From Lama guanicoe (taxonomy: Eukaryota): a stretch of 64,000 nt of DNA. The notes below the pieces were generated by a model, which made no database searches, had not been told where the DNA came from, and saw only the letters and a list, made by a program, of their open reading frames with translations. Numbering within the stretch: position 1 is the stretch's first letter; every line of letters starts with the position of its first letter. Below are positions 61,101 to 64,000 of the stretch, one piece after another. Both the position numbers and the translations under genes were made by a program. The stretch is taken from NCBI GenBank assembly GCA_013239625.1, contig MU053557.1, forward strand, positions 813,063-877,062, given 5' to 3'.

Positions 61101-63109
61101 TGGGGGACCTCTTTGGGAGCTACAGGAAGTTAGCCTCTGAGGGTAGCCCCCATCCCTCCTTCCCAACAGCCAAGTTACCTCTGGAGTTGCCCATTGTAGC
61201 AGAGTAAGTGGATCCCAGGGTAGATGGACATTTCTGCTCTGCGAACAAGTCATTAGAAATACACGCTTGCCAAAGGCAGAAATCATCAAGTCAGAAACAG
61301 CCAGGAAAAGTGTAAGAAACATGGACAGGGTGTGACGTATAGGCATGCTTGTAAAAATTCTCCTGATTGTATCAAGCTGCCCTTTCTGTTGGTTATGCAA
61401 ATTTTAAGCTCAGAAGTGATTTGATCCTTTTTCTGCTTGGGAGAAGGAAGAGTTAGTTTCTCTTTCTTCCAAAGGTCTTGTTTATTGCTGGAGCAATGAC
61501 CAAATTGAAATTGGTCTCCAGCGTGTGGACTATCTGTGAATGCGTACTGTCTTCTGCAGAGTCTCCTGAAATCTCACATTTAAAAATTTCTTTTGTCATG
61601 ACTAATGAATCATCATTTATCTCTGAAGCACATGGTTACACACATTTAATATTTTATGCAACTCTTTTATATGGATGTGAATTTAATTATAGCCAATCTA
61701 ACTGTTTAGTACGTTTCTCTGTGTGTGATAAGTTATCATGGCTATCTGCCCAGCCAGGTGGATTTCCTTGTTTCTGGTGCAGCCCTACCTAACACTGATT
61801 TTTAAATCCTTTTTTTGAGAACAAAGAGAAGCATGCACTGGAGGCACCATGTGGCAGAAACTGGGAATGGTGATGCGTTCAAAAGAAAAAGGGAAAGGTT
61901 GGAGTCGGAATATCATGGGGAGAAGGAGAGCGAAGAAGGGGGTCTAGCTCCACCTGGGGTTGGAAGAGTCTGTGCATGGGAGTTGGGAGTGGAGCTATTT
62001 TACAGTGGCTAAAAATTCAGTCATTAAGTCAGTAAATAAACTCATGAGAAGATGTCAAACAGGCTTTAAGAGTGTCCTCAAACCAGGATTGAGTGGATCA
62101 GTCACCTCCAGGACGTAATTGTGACATTTATCTTCTGTGTTCTTATTCTCTTTTCCCTTTCCTTTTTTCCTTTGGTGTTTGTTCCTTTTGTTCCAAGGCA
62201 GTTGGTGCCTTCATGAGCTCCCTACTACCCCGACCCCCAACAATTACTGCTCAATTTCTCCCTCCATCTTCTCCCACTGGATCCCACCTAGACCTACCCT
62301 ATACTTCTACTATAATCCTTATTTTTATTAAAACATGAGCCTCCTTATTCCATCCCCAGCTTACCTGGTTTATTGTATCATGAACAGCCTCAGGCATGCA
62401 GAAGGTGCTCAAATTCTGCTTCTTGAATAAATATAGTCATAGCTTAATATGTGACCTCTACCAAAGACCACATGTATTTTGTGAAGACTTCTTAGAAACA
62501 TGCCTCGGCATGATCTAAAGGTGGCGCTTTCAAGGTCCTTTATGATATCAGGAAGAGATGTATTTATAAAGCCGAACCCTTGATGAAGTTCTTCATTTGC
62601 TCAATCAGTTCCTTTGGGCAGAGATTCTGAAATGCATAGTGAGATTGAAGGTCATCTTCTGCATATCTATTCAGAATCTGGCCCAGGTGTTATATTAATA
62701 ATTTTCCTTTCATTAACACAGTCCCCACATGAATACTTCTAAGGCTGACCTCCTTGAATCGAGAGACAGGATGGCGTGTGGAAAGTGAAGCAGATGTGAG
62801 ACACAAGTGTCTTCTTCACCTCCTGGCTCTGCCCCTTACCAGCAGTGTGATGCTGGGCGAGTCTCCCCATCTCTCCCAGCTGTGATTTTCTCCTTGTGAA
62901 ATGACTCCTTCAGCTGACCTCCCCTACTGTGGAGCCGCTGGGTGTGCATCTTCTTTACAGACTCTGAAGTGTAGACAAAGACTTAAAAGGCCTGTTGAAT
63001 TCTAGCATTTGGATTTTCACTCTAAGTCTCAGATTATTGGCTTTCTGCTACCCACGTTTCAACTGATCGGTCGATCTGTAGTAGTCATTAGTGGTAGAAT
63101 TGTGCCAAT

Positions 63110-63780
63110 TTACTTACTCATGTGATAGTTGAGTGCCTACTGTGTGCCAGGTAGTACACTAAGTGCCATGTACAGATGGTGAAGATAAAGCCATATGATC
63201 TTTTGTCTTCAGAAATTTAGAGAAGGAAGAAGATATTAAATAAACATGTAAATAGCTATATAATTATAAATTTATACTTAAAAGTATATGAGGTGCTGTG
63301 GAGTAAAAACTGTAAGGTCTGTGAGAGAGAAAAGATGGAGAGTGAAAGCTTGATGTTGAAGGAAGGAGTCTCAGGAAAGCCAAGTCAAGAACGGCAGAAG
63401 GATGCAGAGGGGATGGCATAGAGCAGGCACCATAAATTTAGAAAACTTAAAGAAAACCAGCGTGGCTGTGAGTGAGGCTGGTGGTGAAAGTGCTTTGACG
63501 GGGTCATATGGTGGATGGAAGGATGTGATAGGGGTTTGATCACGCAGAGCCTTACGACCCGTGGTTAAGGTGCTCAGTCTCACTGTAAGTTCAGTGCAAG
63601 CCACTAAAGGGTACTGAAGCATGAGACTGGCAGGACGACTAGATTTATGTTTTTTCAAAGAAACCTCCACTTTCTCTGGATGCTGTGTGGACAGGTTCGA
63701 GGTGAACCTATGTGGGAACAGGTGGACTGAACGAGACCTTGTTGCAGGAGAGAGGGATGATTGTGGTCGTCCTCAGTGCT
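63110..63780 (-). mobile_element. L2 LINE 3' region
   Basis: ttgagtgcctactgtgtgccagg...cagcgtggctgtgagtga...gatcacgcagagcctt...aagccactaaaggg...agatttatgtttt...cactttctctggatgctgtgtgga. Confidence 0.75.
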
Positions 63781-64000
63781 ATTTACCACCTACTTCTGGC
63801 TCTCTTTTTTTTTTTTTTCCTGAGAACACAGTGAGAGTTCATTCCTCAACTCCTTTTAAAGTTAGGATGTAAACTTTTAAAAACTTACATTGGTCAATGA
63901 AACTGAAAAGTAACTTGTTTCACTTCCTTTGACAGAAAATTTAAGAGCAAACGTGTGATTTTCTGTTTTCCCTTTCTCCTTGATGTTCCTGGAAACGCAT

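Noticed and set aside
1..64000. Prokaryote-style novel system (operon, CRISPR array, phage or defence locus) or a foreign insert
   Set aside because: No long ORFs, no spaced direct-repeat array and no compositional break seen; mammalian repeats are spread across the whole window.

Overview
This is mammalian genomic DNA, most likely camelid (alpaca/llama/camel). The evidence is four copies of a tRNA-derived SINE matching the camelid Vic-1 type, plus lineage-young L1 3' ends. I could not recognise any protein-coding gene or exon. The ORF track is largely explained by chance and by decayed repeats; the only ORFs I recognise are L1 ORF2 fragments. The window is a mosaic of ancient eutherian repeats (MIR, L2, MaLR MLT1, LTR16, hAT MITEs such as MER5/MER20/MER3, old L1M), younger insertions with visible target-site duplications (L1 3' ends, SINEs, two MER41-like ERV1 solo LTRs), and repeat-free islands that look like enhancers. 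Most L1s lie on the minus strand, which suggests the window is inside a long intron of a plus-strand gene; this is inference and the gene is not identified. I found no convincing novel multi-gene system. The best structural observation is a 5'-inverted (twin-primed) L1 whose two arms share about 210 bp. Weaker candidates are a possible ancient hAT transposase fossil, a few plus-strand exon candidates and a homeobox-motif-dense block. Repeat family names were assigned by eye from remembered consensus features, and boundaries without TSDs are approximate.
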